Shown piece by piece: positions 55,291-63,926 of a stretch of DNA of 64,000 nt. Each line of letters begins with the position of its first letter. Position 1 is the first letter of the stretch. Source of the stretch: a phage. Where the stretch lies: the sequence record NC_094493.1; one strand, given 5' to 3'. The position numbers and the translations under genes are program-made. A model generated the notes under the pieces. It made no database searches and was not told the DNA's origin. It saw only the letters and a list, made by a program, of their open reading frames with translations.

Positions 55291-55506
55291 TCAGTCCAGC
55301 GGTTCATCCTCTACTTCACTGAAATCAATGTTCATGGTCTCTTCCCAACCATCGATCTCAGCACAAGAGTGGAGTTCTTTAGGGTTTACTCCCAAAGCCT
55401 CAGCAACAGAGTCTATATTTAACACCTCTGGCAGGTATGATTCATCGAATTCAAGGTAAATCAGGCCACGAGTGTTGTCAACTCCACCAAATATTTCTAT
55501 CTTCAT
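55291..55506 (-). CDS. hypothetical acidic protein
   Basis: ATG at 55506 preceded by AGGAGA; begins MKIEIFGG, the MK[IV][KE][IL] N-terminus seen in several genes of this block; ORF-track start 55572 trimmed. Confidence 0.55.
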   Translation of the reverse strand: MKIEIFGGVDNTRGLIYLEFDESYLPEVLNIDSVAEALGVNPKELHSCAEIDGWEETMNIDFSEVEDEPLD

Positions 55507-55626
55507 GAAATCTCCTCTGGAAATGAGAGTGTGAACAGGGTTTATACGTTCCAATGCACTGGAATTATGCACGTTTGCCTCTTCAGACCATGCTTTAGCA
55601 TGAGGAACCTGTGTGGGCTCGGTGCT

Positions 55627-55839
55627 TCATAGTCTACCACCCCTGAACTCTTCGTGCTCAGGCATAATAGAGAACCAGATATCTACGATGTCTTCCCACG
55701 TTAGGTCATCAGCCTCAGGATCTACCTGGAGCGAAGATGGAGAATCTTCAGAATCGAAGTTTTCCTCTTTCACTGGCTCAGCCAAGGGACATATAGTCAC
55801 TCCTTTGGATGTCTCTTCAAATGCATGTGTGTTTATCAT
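55627..55839 (-). CDS. hypothetical acidic protein (start uncertain)
   Basis: ORF-track ORF 55627..56040 begins with TTG; first in-frame ATG at 55839; D/E-rich C-terminus. Confidence 0.4.
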   Translation of the reverse strand: MINTHAFEETSKGVTICPLAEPVKEENFDSEDSPSSLQVDPEADDLTWEDIVDIWFSIMPEHEEFRGGRL

Positions 55840-56145
55840 GTTCCACCCGTGAGTATTCCGGCAACAGCCACTATGGACGTAATGATCATCAGGATCACCA
55901 CCAAAACCTCTGACAATGTTTTCATTGTGTGTCCCATATTCTCCAAACGATGTGTGGATACTATCACTGGAGCGGAAATGTGTCAACAGAAACGTCGCGA
56001 GGGTTTGGTTAAAATCCGAGCGTATGGTGATTTGGGTCAAAACGGACGTGCGTTCTCGCTACGCTCGAAATATAAAGTTGTTTGTAGGAAGCTCTTAAAC
56101 GCTCTGTAATGAGATTAACTACCCAAGGTATTCAATCGTGCACCA

Positions 56146-56174
56146 GACAAAGAAAAGGACGCCACAGAGCGTCC
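56146..56174 (-). terminator. intrinsic terminator (minus strand)
   Basis: GGACGCtctgtgGCGTCC followed by TTTTCTTTG on the minus strand, just downstream of the gene ending at 56200. Confidence 0.6.
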
Positions 56175-56199
56175 TAGGTGTCTTAAATTTGATATTTTG

Positions 56200-56511
56200 C
56201 TATACCCATGAGGGCTTATCAAGATTGGAGTAGCTAAAAGGTGTCAAAAGGTGACTGTCAAAATCTCTCAAACTATCCAGATCTTTTTCCTCGTCCTGGC
56301 ACCATCTGTGCCTACATTTATTGTTGTAGTGCATAGAATGCATAGCGTTCTGCAACTTAACAGGTACAAGTGATTCAGGAGTAGATAGTATTGTTGGGTA
56401 TGCCAGAACCACCTCAAACAGTGGAAACACATCGAAACTAAAGTCTACCTCTGCAGAGGTTGATGGCATATAGGAGTATTTAGCCGCCTTTGTAGACATA
56501 ATCCACCTCAC
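56200..56511 (-). CDS. hypothetical protein (103 aa)
   Basis: 4-nt start/stop overlap with upstream gene. Confidence 0.55.
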   Translation of the reverse strand: MRWIMSTKAAKYSYMPSTSAEVDFSFDVFPLFEVVLAYPTILSTPESLVPVKLQNAMHSMHYNNKCRHRWCQDEEKDLDSLRDFDSHLLTPFSYSNLDKPSWV

Positions 56512-56834
56512 ACAGGTTTGATAATACCTTTACCGAATAACTCTTTGTATCTAATCTTGTCCGGATCCCCCTCCTGGATAATTTCGAAGACAATATCCAA
56601 CCCTGGGATAATCACTTCTCCAGTGTCAAGTTTGGCAAGAACAAAACCAGAAGGTTGAATGGTTTCCCAGTTGCGACGATTGGAATAGAAGACCTCGAAA
56701 ATATCACCGACCTTGATCTGTTGATCAAGATGTTCAAGATTCTCTTTCATATAGACGCAGCGTATTTTTCGTGCAGGCCATAGACCACCTGCATCACGTT
56801 CATTCAATTCTTTTACAGTGATCGGTATACCCAT
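56508..56834 (-). CDS. hypothetical protein (108 aa)
   Basis: Co-oriented ORF downstream of the 56852 terminator. Confidence 0.55.
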   Translation of the reverse strand: MGIPITVKELNERDAGGLWPARKIRCVYMKENLEHLDQQIKVGDIFEVFYSNRRNWETIQPSGFVLAKLDTGEVIIPGLDIVFEIIQEGDPDKIRYKELFGKGIIKPV

Positions 56835-56851
56835 CTCAAATCTCCTTCATA

Positions 56852-56881
56852 GATAGTAAAAAGAGGGGCCCAAGCCCCTCT
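56852..56881 (-). terminator. intrinsic terminator (minus strand)
   Basis: AGAGGGGCttggGCCCCTCT followed by TTTTTACTA on the minus strand. Confidence 0.6.
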
Positions 56882-56887
56882 TTGTCA

Positions 56888-57193
56888 TTATTCTACAGAG
56901 CGTTTGAACAGAATGTCTGCCTCAGACATGTGCTCAACCTCTTCTTCGATTTTAGCTCGACGTTTTTCAGCCTCATAGCGAATATCGAACTCGGTAGCCA
57001 CCAGAGATTTGATGAATTTAGGAGAATACAGGTGATCCTGCTTCTCAACGAGAATGATATCCTTAATGGCATCTTTCAGATCTTTAATCTGAAGCTGGAG
57101 TTCCACCAGTTCTTCGATTGTTTTGCGAAGGCGATCACGTTCTGCAGTGTCAGAAGGAAGAGAGGTGAACAGTTCAACTTTAGATTTAGCCAT
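56888..57193 (-). CDS. hypothetical coiled-coil protein (101 aa)
   Basis: Heptad-like charged helical sequence (ELVELQLQIKDLKDAIKD). Confidence 0.55.
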   Translation of the reverse strand: MAKSKVELFTSLPSDTAERDRLRKTIEELVELQLQIKDLKDAIKDIILVEKQDHLYSPKFIKSLVATEFDIRYEAEKRRAKIEEEVEHMSEADILFKRSVE

Positions 57194-57221
57194 AGTAAGA
57201 GTCTCCTTATGTTGTTTTAAA

Positions 57222-57539
57222 TTAACGTTCTACAAAAATACCGTTCAGTTCAATAACCAAGAATTTCTGGTCTTCACTATCGTCTCGTGCCAGCACCTCA
57301 CAGACGTATCGGTCATCCCCATCATCATCGCAGTCAAATACAAGACTGAGGACTTTATCATGATAAACTTTCGCCACTACCGCCTCGTAAGTATTGCCGA
57401 TTGTGAATCCAAGATAATCTCCAATGCATTTGACAACAACATGATCACCAGCATTCAAGTCAATCTTCGTCATTACTGCGCTCCTTGGGTAATAATACTG
57501 TATGTAAAACTTTAACCAGAGATGTGAATAACGCCCCAA
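57222..57539 (-). CDS. hypothetical protein (105 aa)
   Basis: Co-oriented ORF, acidic. Confidence 0.5.
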   Translation of the reverse strand: MGRYSHLWLKFYIQYYYPRSAVMTKIDLNAGDHVVVKCIGDYLGFTIGNTYEAVVAKVYHDKVLSLVFDCDDDGDDRYVCEVLARDDSEDQKFLVIELNGIFVER

Positions 57540-57628
57540 AACACACCGATAGCGCTAAAACAGACAAGGCCATCATTAAAGCTTCAGTAAAATCAGTCAC
57601 CCCTCACCTCTTGTTAGTCACTATACTG

Positions 57629-57892
57629 TCATTTATCCTTGCCGTCAAGAACTTTTTTAAATCTTTCAGGGATATCGCCTGTTCTTAGATAGCTCATGAC
57701 CTCACAAGGTTCCCACTTAAATTTCTTACAAAGCAGGGCGGCTGAGATTGTTTCATTGCGAAAAGAAAGGATATTAATATCCCATTCTGAGAACCCCAAC
57801 TTCCGAAGGGTAGCTACAGAAATCCTCACCGCAACCCAGCAGCAAAAACATGCAACAAACGCCACTGCTATAACCCACATCAGGATGTTCAT
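57629..57892 (-). CDS. hypothetical membrane protein (87 aa)
   Basis: N-terminal hydrophobic helix MNILMWVIAVAFVACFCCWVAV. Confidence 0.5.
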   Translation of the reverse strand: MNILMWVIAVAFVACFCCWVAVRISVATLRKLGFSEWDINILSFRNETISAALLCKKFKWEPCEVMSYLRTGDIPERFKKVLDGKDK

Positions 57893-57981
57893 ACAAGCAC
57901 CTTACTGAAATACAAGACACAGTGTTAAGGTTACTGACCAGCAAATAATTAATAGTGCCGTTGCAACCTTGGCAAGATTTA

Positions 57982-58269
57982 TCATAGTGCCTCTAAGATT
58001 TCATATCCTTCTGGTCGGAATACAAGCCACTCCGTGGCTCCGTTTGGTCGATACGCTTTATACAGAACAACCTGATCTCGGCACATGCACATGGCTACAT
58101 AGTTTTCATCCACACCTGCAGCCTGCATTGCATCTTCTTCTCCGGCAACCGCCTTGCTTACAACTTCCTTGGTAGGAAGGTGTGCGATCAGCTCGTCACC
58201 ATCATTAATTCCAAAATGGCTTAGTTCTCCATTGGTATCTTTAATCTTAATCTTAACCAGATCTTTCAT
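57982..58269 (-). CDS. hypothetical acidic protein (95 aa)
   Basis: Abuts the next gene (58269). Confidence 0.55.
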   Translation of the reverse strand: MKDLVKIKIKDTNGELSHFGINDGDELIAHLPTKEVVSKAVAGEEDAMQAAGVDENYVAMCMCRDQVVLYKAYRPNGATEWLVFRPEGYEILEAL

Positions 58270-58598
58270 TAGTCTTTCTCCAGGTTCAAAGGCCCTAAGA
58301 TTTCATATGCCAGATTAGAAGTTACCAGAGGATCTTCTGCATCTTTAGTATTGTACCACCCGTGAATAACCAGAGTCCCACTTTGTTTCATGTCCAACTG
58401 GAACTCTTCTGCCGTTTCCTCATCCAGCTCCAAGATTTCCATAAGGTATTTGATGTTAGGAAGGTATGCAGCTGTTACAGTTCCCTCCACCAAACCTTCG
58501 GGCCAACCTACATCTGGATGACAAGTAGGAACCAGGTTGGTCAGCTTAATGGTGTACGCTTTTTCTGCACGAGCCTTCAGTAACGGGTCAATCTTCAT
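58269..58598 (-). CDS. hypothetical acidic protein (109 aa)
   Basis: 1-nt start/stop overlaps on both sides. Confidence 0.55.
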   Translation of the reverse strand: MKIDPLLKARAEKAYTIKLTNLVPTCHPDVGWPEGLVEGTVTAAYLPNIKYLMEILELDEETAEEFQLDMKQSGTLVIHGWYNTKDAEDPLVTSNLAYEILGPLNLEKD

Positions 58599-58948
58599 TA
58601 TTCGTCCTCCTCTTCGGTGCCTGCTTCCAGCAATAAGTTAAGAATATCTTCTGCACAAGGCTCATAGAACTCTTGGCCTTCATTATCGATGATTTTGTAG
58701 TCATCTCCACGAATAATCAGAGGATCACTCTCAAAATTATCAAGACCTTTAACAACGACAACACGATCAATTGCCATCATTGTAAGAACTTTATCGACAT
58801 CTTCCTCTGCTACACCATACTGCAGCAGAATGTCTTTAGTAGGAGGAACAGCATCCACCACAACACCGTTACCAAAACCTTCCGGGAGTTTAGCTAAAAT
58901 ATCTTCCGGAACCACATTCACATCAAAACCGGTAATTTCTACTTTCAT
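58598..58948 (-). CDS. hypothetical acidic protein (116 aa)
   Basis: Begins MKVEITGFD; D/E-rich tail. Confidence 0.55.
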   Translation of the reverse strand: MKVEITGFDVNVVPEDILAKLPEGFGNGVVVDAVPPTKDILLQYGVAEEDVDKVLTMMAIDRVVVVKGLDNFESDPLIIRGDDYKIIDNEGQEFYEPCAEDILNLLLEAGTEEEDE

Positions 58949-59209
58949 TTACAGCACCTCTTCGTCAACTACTTCATAAAAATGGCCTGGGATTGCAATA
59001 GCGTTCTCACCTTCACCTACAAACACAGTTCCGTCAAGAATCAACATCATAAGAATTTCTGGAATATCCTCTTCCGGAACGTTGCCAAAACCTTTAATCA
59101 GCGTGTAGGTTGGAAGATTTACCTCTAAGATGCCACCATCTTTAGAGCGGAAATCAACACCATCCTGAATCTCTGCCATTTCAAGGTTTTTCAGTTTAAT
59201 CTTCATCAA
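58949..59209 (-). CDS. hypothetical acidic protein (86 aa)
   Basis: Begins MMKIKLKNL; directly downstream of a candidate minus-strand promoter. Confidence 0.55.
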   Translation of the reverse strand: MMKIKLKNLEMAEIQDGVDFRSKDGGILEVNLPTYTLIKGFGNVPEEDIPEILMMLILDGTVFVGEGENAIAIPGHFYEVVDEEVL

Positions 59210-59238
59210 TCAGTCTCCCGTCTTGTTAAGATGAAGGT

Positions 59239-59268
59239 ATTATTTCACACAGGGTTGGTGTTGTCAAC
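59239..59268 (-). promoter_or_regulatory. candidate sigma70 promoter (minus strand) with palindromic -35
   Basis: Minus-strand TTGACA, about 18-nt spacer, AATAAT; the -35 sits in the near-perfect palindrome GGTGTTG(T/A)CAACACC. Confidence 0.4.
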
Positions 59269-59285
59269 ACCTGTGTGCAAGAAAA

Positions 59286-59681
59286 TTACTGAAACAGTGC
59301 GGATAAATTACCTTCTGGTGGGAACTTATCTGCCAAAAACGGTGTTAGCACAGTAGCCTTCTGAAGATCTGGGGTCCACTCGTTGTTCAGAACATCCCAG
59401 TAGTACGCAATGTTGCTGTGTGGGTGCCGCATTACGAACTTTTTCCCTTCGTAGTCATCTGAAACCTCTACAGAAGAAATAACAACAGAATCTTCAAGGG
59501 TTTCTTCATAGAAAGATCCGCCTTCAAATTTCCAACGAGATGCAAGAGCCCCTGCCTTGAACGCTGCAGATAACGGACTGTCGGCAAGAACATACATTTC
59601 TTGCACTCTGCCGCTGCGATCTTTACTTCTTACGTTGTACACAGTATCTGAGCTATACTCAACACGGTATAGGCTTACCAT
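59286..59681 (-). CDS. hypothetical protein, paralogue of 61488..61886
   Basis: Shares FV..HP.S...YW......WTP....T.L with the 61488 gene. Confidence 0.6.
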   Translation of the reverse strand: MVSLYRVEYSSDTVYNVRSKDRSGRVQEMYVLADSPLSAAFKAGALASRWKFEGGSFYEETLEDSVVISSVEVSDDYEGKKFVMRHPHSNIAYYWDVLNNEWTPDLQKATVLTPFLADKFPPEGNLSALFQ

Positions 59682-60040
59682 TACCGCACCTCCTCAATAA
59701 CTTCCACATCTGAACCTACCACAAATGCAAAAGGACAGGTTTCATGAAAGACATCCGGATCGCCGCCAAGCTTGCTAACAATTTCTCCACCACTAATAAA
59801 CACAAGCTCACCGATATTCATCAGATTGCTGAAATAGTATCCATAATGATTGAAGAATGCAGCAGGGTCAGGTAGACTAGTAGCCTCAAGTTCTACATCT
59901 GTTGAGATTACTTTCTTATCATAACCTCTCGCCTTCTGAGATGCAAGATCCGCAGAATCTTCAGGCGACCGGAGATGCACAGGAATTGTTTCACCAATAA
60001 AGCGTACTTTCATATTATCACCCAACAACCATAGCTTCAA
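59681..60040 (-). CDS. hypothetical protein (119 aa)
   Basis: 1-nt overlap with downstream gene. Confidence 0.5.
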   Translation of the reverse strand: MKLWLLGDNMKVRFIGETIPVHLRSPEDSADLASQKARGYDKKVISTDVELEATSLPDPAAFFNHYGYYFSNLMNIGELVFISGGEIVSKLGGDPDVFHETCPFAFVVGSDVEVIEEVR

Positions 60041-60281
60041 AAGGGGTCATGAACGAATAAACGGCATCATCATCTGCTTCAGGGAATGCTCCCAAAGACT
60101 TCATGTCTGAGCCCTTGACAAATACAAGGTTTTGATCAAAAGCTTCTTGGGGATCAATCCGATACATATTTCGTAGAATGTCGCTTACCTCCTCATCAAG
60201 AGGTGAGTATGCTGTGCACGTTTTTCCGATCAAGCTTTGAGAATCAGGGTATCCACCTGAAGTTTTAAAATAAACAATCAT
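60018..60281 (-). CDS. hypothetical protein (87 aa)
   Basis: Co-oriented ORF overlapping downstream gene by 23 nt; start approximate. Confidence 0.45.
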   Translation of the reverse strand: MIVYFKTSGGYPDSQSLIGKTCTAYSPLDEEVSDILRNMYRIDPQEAFDQNLVFVKGSDMKSLGAFPEADDDAVYSFMTPFEAMVVG

Positions 60282-60372
60282 ATAGTATCACCTCTGGTAA
60301 GAGATTGGGATTCCTTTCCCACAAATAATTACAAATCTTCCTTATCGAGGAAGTATGCTAATCCAAGCAGGA

Positions 60373-60642
60373 TTATTCCTCTACAATCTCATACACATCA
60401 GGAGTTACAATCAACTCTTCTCCGTTACCCGGTGCAACAAACACCACCAAACCTTCAGGTGTGTGCTTTTTAGCCATCTCGATAACATCTTCGCGCAGAG
60501 CTGGCTCCATCAGATCAAAACCTTCACCCAGGGCATCACTAACCACCTTCATATAGTCCACTGGTTGTGCTTCAACAATCATGCCTTCAACCAGTCCACA
60601 GTTTTTGTCTGCCAGCTCAGTTTTGAATAATTTAATTTTCAT
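60373..60642 (-). CDS. hypothetical acidic protein (89 aa)
   Basis: Begins MKIKLFK; ends ...DVYEIVEE. Confidence 0.55.
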   Translation of the reverse strand: MKIKLFKTELADKNCGLVEGMIVEAQPVDYMKVVSDALGEGFDLMEPALREDVIEMAKKHTPEGLVVFVAPGNGEELIVTPDVYEIVEE

Positions 60643-60779
60643 TTAGAGGTCTCCTCAATTATTTGATATTAATAGCCGTAACCTAACACATTAACTACAA
60701 TTGCGATTGCAAACATAATTTCAAAGCATGCAATCTCTACATTTGGGACTAATTTCTTAATCACACCCATTGTAGCACC

Positions 60780-61097
60780 TCATTCTCCAAAGTCAATCTT
60801 TACTTTGCCTTTCCCCTTACCTTTCTTTCCACCACATTTAGCCAGCTGACGTGCTGCAACATCTACCATACGGTCAGTTGCCTCGTAAGCATCACTGCCT
60901 TTAGCTTTGGCAATAACTTCTTTTCCAGAATTGTCAAAAATGAACGCCATAACTTCCTGGTGATCATTTTCAACTTTTACACTCACACGTGCATAGTTGG
61001 CAGAGGGGTGCAAACGCTCCAGCTTAGACATTTTGTGGGAAATGAAAGACACCATACCTTCAGTGATTTCTACGTTGCCAGTGATTTCAATTTGCAT
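60780..61097 (-). CDS. hpf: ribosome hibernation promoting factor / RaiA-family protein
   Basis: MQIEITGNVEITEGM...KLE...VKVEN...KGSDAYEATDRMVDVAARQLAK lines up with E. coli HPF (MQLNITGNNVEITEAL...KLE...LKVEK...EGQDMYAAIDGLIDKLARQLTK, from memory); ATG confirmed with AGGAA RBS; Lys/Gly-rich tail. Confidence 0.8.
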   Translation of the reverse strand: MQIEITGNVEITEGMVSFISHKMSKLERLHPSANYARVSVKVENDHQEVMAFIFDNSGKEVIAKAKGSDAYEATDRMVDVAARQLAKCGGKKGKGKGKVKIDFGE

Positions 61098-61105
61098 AAC
61101 GTGTT

Positions 61106-61136
61106 CCTTTTAAAGAAGAGGGAACCAAACCCTCTT
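61106..61136 (-). terminator. hairpin (possible terminator/attenuator) upstream of hpf
   Basis: AGAGGGtttggttCCCTCT followed by TCTTTAAAAGG on the minus strand; the T-run overlaps the hpf RBS, so it may be a 5'-UTR structure. Confidence 0.4.
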
Positions 61137-61179
61137 TGAAAACAATGATACTAAATCTGAAGCGTTGTGTCAACAGTTT

Positions 61180-61470
61180 TTACAGATTGTTGTCGATAGT
61201 ATTTAAAATATCTACAGCAAGATCTGCCATTTTTCGAACATACTCTGCAAACTCAACAGGATCCTTGATCAAAGAATTTACAGGGTCGTACCCTAGAGCG
61301 TTCAAAATGGCTGCAGCATCTACAACCTTTTCATCATTTGCAAAGATCTCTCCGTCAAACTTATAGGTCCATTTTGAGTCAATCTTGGCAGGGCATGGCT
61401 GGTCCATGCTTGTTACACCATCGTCTTTAACCTCTCCTGCGTTATCAATATTCAGAACTAAATCCATCAT
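61180..61470 (-). CDS. hypothetical acidic protein (96 aa)
   Basis: Co-oriented ORF. Confidence 0.55.
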   Translation of the reverse strand: MMDLVLNIDNAGEVKDDGVTSMDQPCPAKIDSKWTYKFDGEIFANDEKVVDAAAILNALGYDPVNSLIKDPVEFAEYVRKMADLAVDILNTIDNNL

Positions 61471-61487
61471 AGTGGCACCTCACTGTT

Positions 61488-61886
61488 TCAGTTTAGCTTT
61501 TCTTCAACAACCCCATAGCTTGGGACAGAATCAAGAGCTTTCTGGTTTAAAAGTGGTGTAGCAGAATCTGCAAACGGTGTCCAAGTTTTTGTTCTGGAAT
61601 TCCAGTAATGCTTCACTCTGGAATCTGGATGCACTATAACAAAAACTTTTTCACTTGTCAACACATTAATTTCTTCTACACCCTTGCTGATAATTTCTCC
61701 GTCATAGCCCCCAGTCTGGTATCCTTCGTACCAGGTTCTTGCATAGGCATAGCCAGCCTGCCAGCATGCAGCCTCCTCCGAGGTGGAGACTACGTAGAAG
61801 TCCTTCTCAAATTCCGGAATACGCCCTTGCTTTACGCTCCAAGCTCCGCGAATTTTCATTGTAACTTTGAACAGTTTATTTTTCAC
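61488..61886 (-). CDS. hypothetical protein, paralogue of 59286..59681
   Basis: FVIVHPDSRVKHYWNSRTKTWTPFADSATPLL versus FVMRHPHSNIAYYWDVLNNEWTPDLQKATVLTP. Confidence 0.6.
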   Translation of the reverse strand: MKNKLFKVTMKIRGAWSVKQGRIPEFEKDFYVVSTSEEAACWQAGYAYARTWYEGYQTGGYDGEIISKGVEEINVLTSEKVFVIVHPDSRVKHYWNSRTKTWTPFADSATPLLNQKALDSVPSYGVVEEKLN

Positions 61887-61898
61887 AACGGTTACCCA

Positions 61899-62153
61899 TC
61901 ACAGCTCTACAATATCTGCATCTGACCCTACCCCAAAGGCATAATAGGACTCTTCCCCGAAATAATATTCAGGTGCACCAGCGGTGATCAGGTCTGATCC
62001 TAAGATAAACACCACGTTGTGGCCTACATAACTGTGATGTTGCCGCACAGGATCATCCCACGGCAACCCTTCAAAGTATACCGCAGGGACGACCTTTCCT
62101 TTCAGGAAGGATTGCCCCAAGTAGACGTTAGAATCAAGAATTTTAACCTTCAT
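61899..62153 (-). CDS. hypothetical protein, tandem paralogue (pair with 62143..62370)
   Basis: MKVKILDSNVYLGQ...GSDLITAGA...DADIVE versus MMKVKVLDSRFYIGQ...GADLIAAGA...DVEIVE. Confidence 0.6.
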   Translation of the reverse strand: MKVKILDSNVYLGQSFLKGKVVPAVYFEGLPWDDPVRQHHSYVGHNVVFILGSDLITAGAPEYYFGEESYYAFGVGSDADIVEL

Positions 62154-62370
62154 GATCGTCCTCCACTATCTCTACATCCTCACCTAGGGCAAAGTTGTAG
62201 GTCCACTGACTGTCAAAGCATTCCTGAGATGCACCAGCGGCAATAAGATCTGCCCCTTTTATTTTTAAAAGGTCAGGGTAATCTTCGTTAGGGACAGCAG
62301 TAAACACTTTCCCCACTAAAGGCTCCTGACCAATATAGAATCTTGAATCTAAAACTTTAACTTTCATCAA
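62143..62370 (-). CDS. hypothetical protein, tandem paralogue
   Basis: See 61899..62153; 11-nt overlap between the pair. Confidence 0.6.
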   Translation of the reverse strand: MMKVKVLDSRFYIGQEPLVGKVFTAVPNEDYPDLLKIKGADLIAAGASQECFDSQWTYNFALGEDVEIVEDDHEG

Positions 62371-62654
62371 CGGTCTCCATCAGGTGGTTGTGGGACGTAA
62401 ACACTGTTACGAATATCGTCCGCAGTATAGTAATAAGTGTCTCCAACCCTATCTCTGGCTGCAATGTACTCTGCTATACCAATAAGTGCCATTGATTTGG
62501 TGGCGTATCTTCCCCACTCGTTAGCTCCCCAGTAGAATTTAGACCAATAGGGAATAAGACCGAACAAATATACCTTTTGACGAACTTCCCAGTAAGTGCC
62601 TTTCCCGACAAGTTTAAACTCAACTTCACCACTGTTAATCTTTTTCATTATCAA
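62367..62654 (-). CDS. hypothetical protein (95 aa)
   Basis: 4-nt overlaps on both sides. Confidence 0.55.
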   Translation of the reverse strand: MIMKKINSGEVEFKLVGKGTYWEVRQKVYLFGLIPYWSKFYWGANEWGRYATKSMALIGIAEYIAARDRVGDTYYYTADDIRNSVYVPQPPDGDR

Positions 62655-62947
62655 TCTCCCTCTACCGTGGTCGGATTGTCAGTAAGAAATTGAGCATTAG
62701 CTGGAGGCACACCTGACATTTTCCACACGACCATAAGTTTGTAACCAGGCACTCTATTAAGCGCAGATCGAGTAGAGTTTGTGCACGTATACTTTCGCTT
62801 TCCAAACCCGTTCTCCATCATAATCCAGTACCCAGTATCTTTGTCACCAGGTATTGGTAGACCACCTTCATCAACCCACTGAATGGACCACGGCACGATG
62901 GCTACAGCTTTATATTTAAACTTTTTAAACCACTCAAAAAGTTTCAT
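62651..62947 (-). CDS. hypothetical protein (98 aa)
   Basis: 4-nt overlap with downstream gene. Confidence 0.55.
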   Translation of the reverse strand: MKLFEWFKKFKYKAVAIVPWSIQWVDEGGLPIPGDKDTGYWIMMENGFGKRKYTCTNSTRSALNRVPGYKLMVVWKMSGVPPANAQFLTDNPTTVEGD

Positions 62948-63042
62948 AATTCAGCCTCGCATAGACATAATCACTATAAACAGGCAAACAATGAATCCGA
63001 ATGCCACGCCACCCATAAACGTTAATATTGATGCAATCATAG

Positions 63043-63228
63043 TCAATCAGCCTCGCTTGGCAACTCTTCCACCTTAACATGCCGAAAAGTGTTACCGTAA
63101 TGGTTGATCCATGACATCAGCTCACTTTCTTGCTCTTCCTCTGGGATGAACTCTCGAATACTGACAAGTTTTAAGAAAACCCAATCACAATCTGCACCCA
63201 TTCTACCAGACAGACAATAGTGCTTCAT
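63043..63228 (-). CDS. hypothetical protein (61 aa)
   Basis: Co-oriented ORF. Confidence 0.45.
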   Translation of the reverse strand: MKHYCLSGRMGADCDWVFLKLVSIREFIPEEEQESELMSWINHYGNTFRHVKVEELPSEAD

Positions 63229-63247
63229 AAAAACCCTCCATCCTGGT

Positions 63248-63448
63248 TTAGAATACTGCCTCTTTTAATGATCCAAGGAGCAGCAGGTGTGAAATCTGAT
63301 CCACATCCATGGTAGATTCAATCTCCTCTTTTTTGAAAGGTTCTCGGCAAAACAGTACTACATTTGGGTTTTCGCTACGCACTATATAATACAGATCGTT
63401 CAAATCATTCTCATAGTAGGTATTAAATTTAAGAATTTTGTCACTCAT
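63248..63448 (-). CDS. hypothetical protein (66 aa)
   Basis: 4-nt overlap with upstream gene. Confidence 0.5.
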   Translation of the reverse strand: MSDKILKFNTYYENDLNDLYYIVRSENPNVVLFCREPFKKEEIESTMDVDQISHLLLLGSLKEAVF

Positions 63449-63732
63449 TTTCTAATCCTCTTCTTAGATTTTTGTGCAGAAACGCTTTCTGCAATACGAG
63501 ACAGGCGTTCTTCTGAAGCTTTACCTACCCCAGGTTTCTTGAGCGGGTTATCTTTATGACCGCAATCCAATTGGATGCTAGATACCTCCCCAACCTTGTA
63601 AGTCAATTCTAACAAAAGGTTGTCGTCCTTGTCAAATGTTTTTACGATAAATTTTTTATCGTCCTCCTGAACTTCATACCTAGTACCTGCAGTATACAGC
63701 ATGGTGCCATCAGTGTAGGATATCCAAATCAT
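63445..63732 (-). CDS. hypothetical protein (95 aa)
   Basis: 4-nt overlaps on both sides. Confidence 0.5.
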   Translation of the reverse strand: MIWISYTDGTMLYTAGTRYEVQEDDKKFIVKTFDKDDNLLLELTYKVGEVSSIQLDCGHKDNPLKKPGVGKASEERLSRIAESVSAQKSKKRIRK

Positions 63733-63926
63733 TGCACCTCCTTCTGCTGCAACAGCATTAACTCTTTGTTGGAAATCTTTACTGCTGTCTTTATTGTTCC
63801 ATCTTCACGGAACCACGACCAGAATTCTACAGTGTCACCACTATCAAGCAAGGCATGACCATGGTAAAAATCCTTGTCCTTAGACAGTTTCTCATCTATA
63901 TCTGCATCGACACATTCGTGATCCAT
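63729..63926 (-). CDS. hypothetical protein (65 aa)
   Basis: Co-oriented ORF; upstream region runs to the window edge, so start unverified. Confidence 0.45.
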   Translation of the reverse strand: MDHECVDADIDEKLSKDKDFYHGHALLDSGDTVEFWSWFREDGTIKTAVKISNKELMLLQQKEVQ

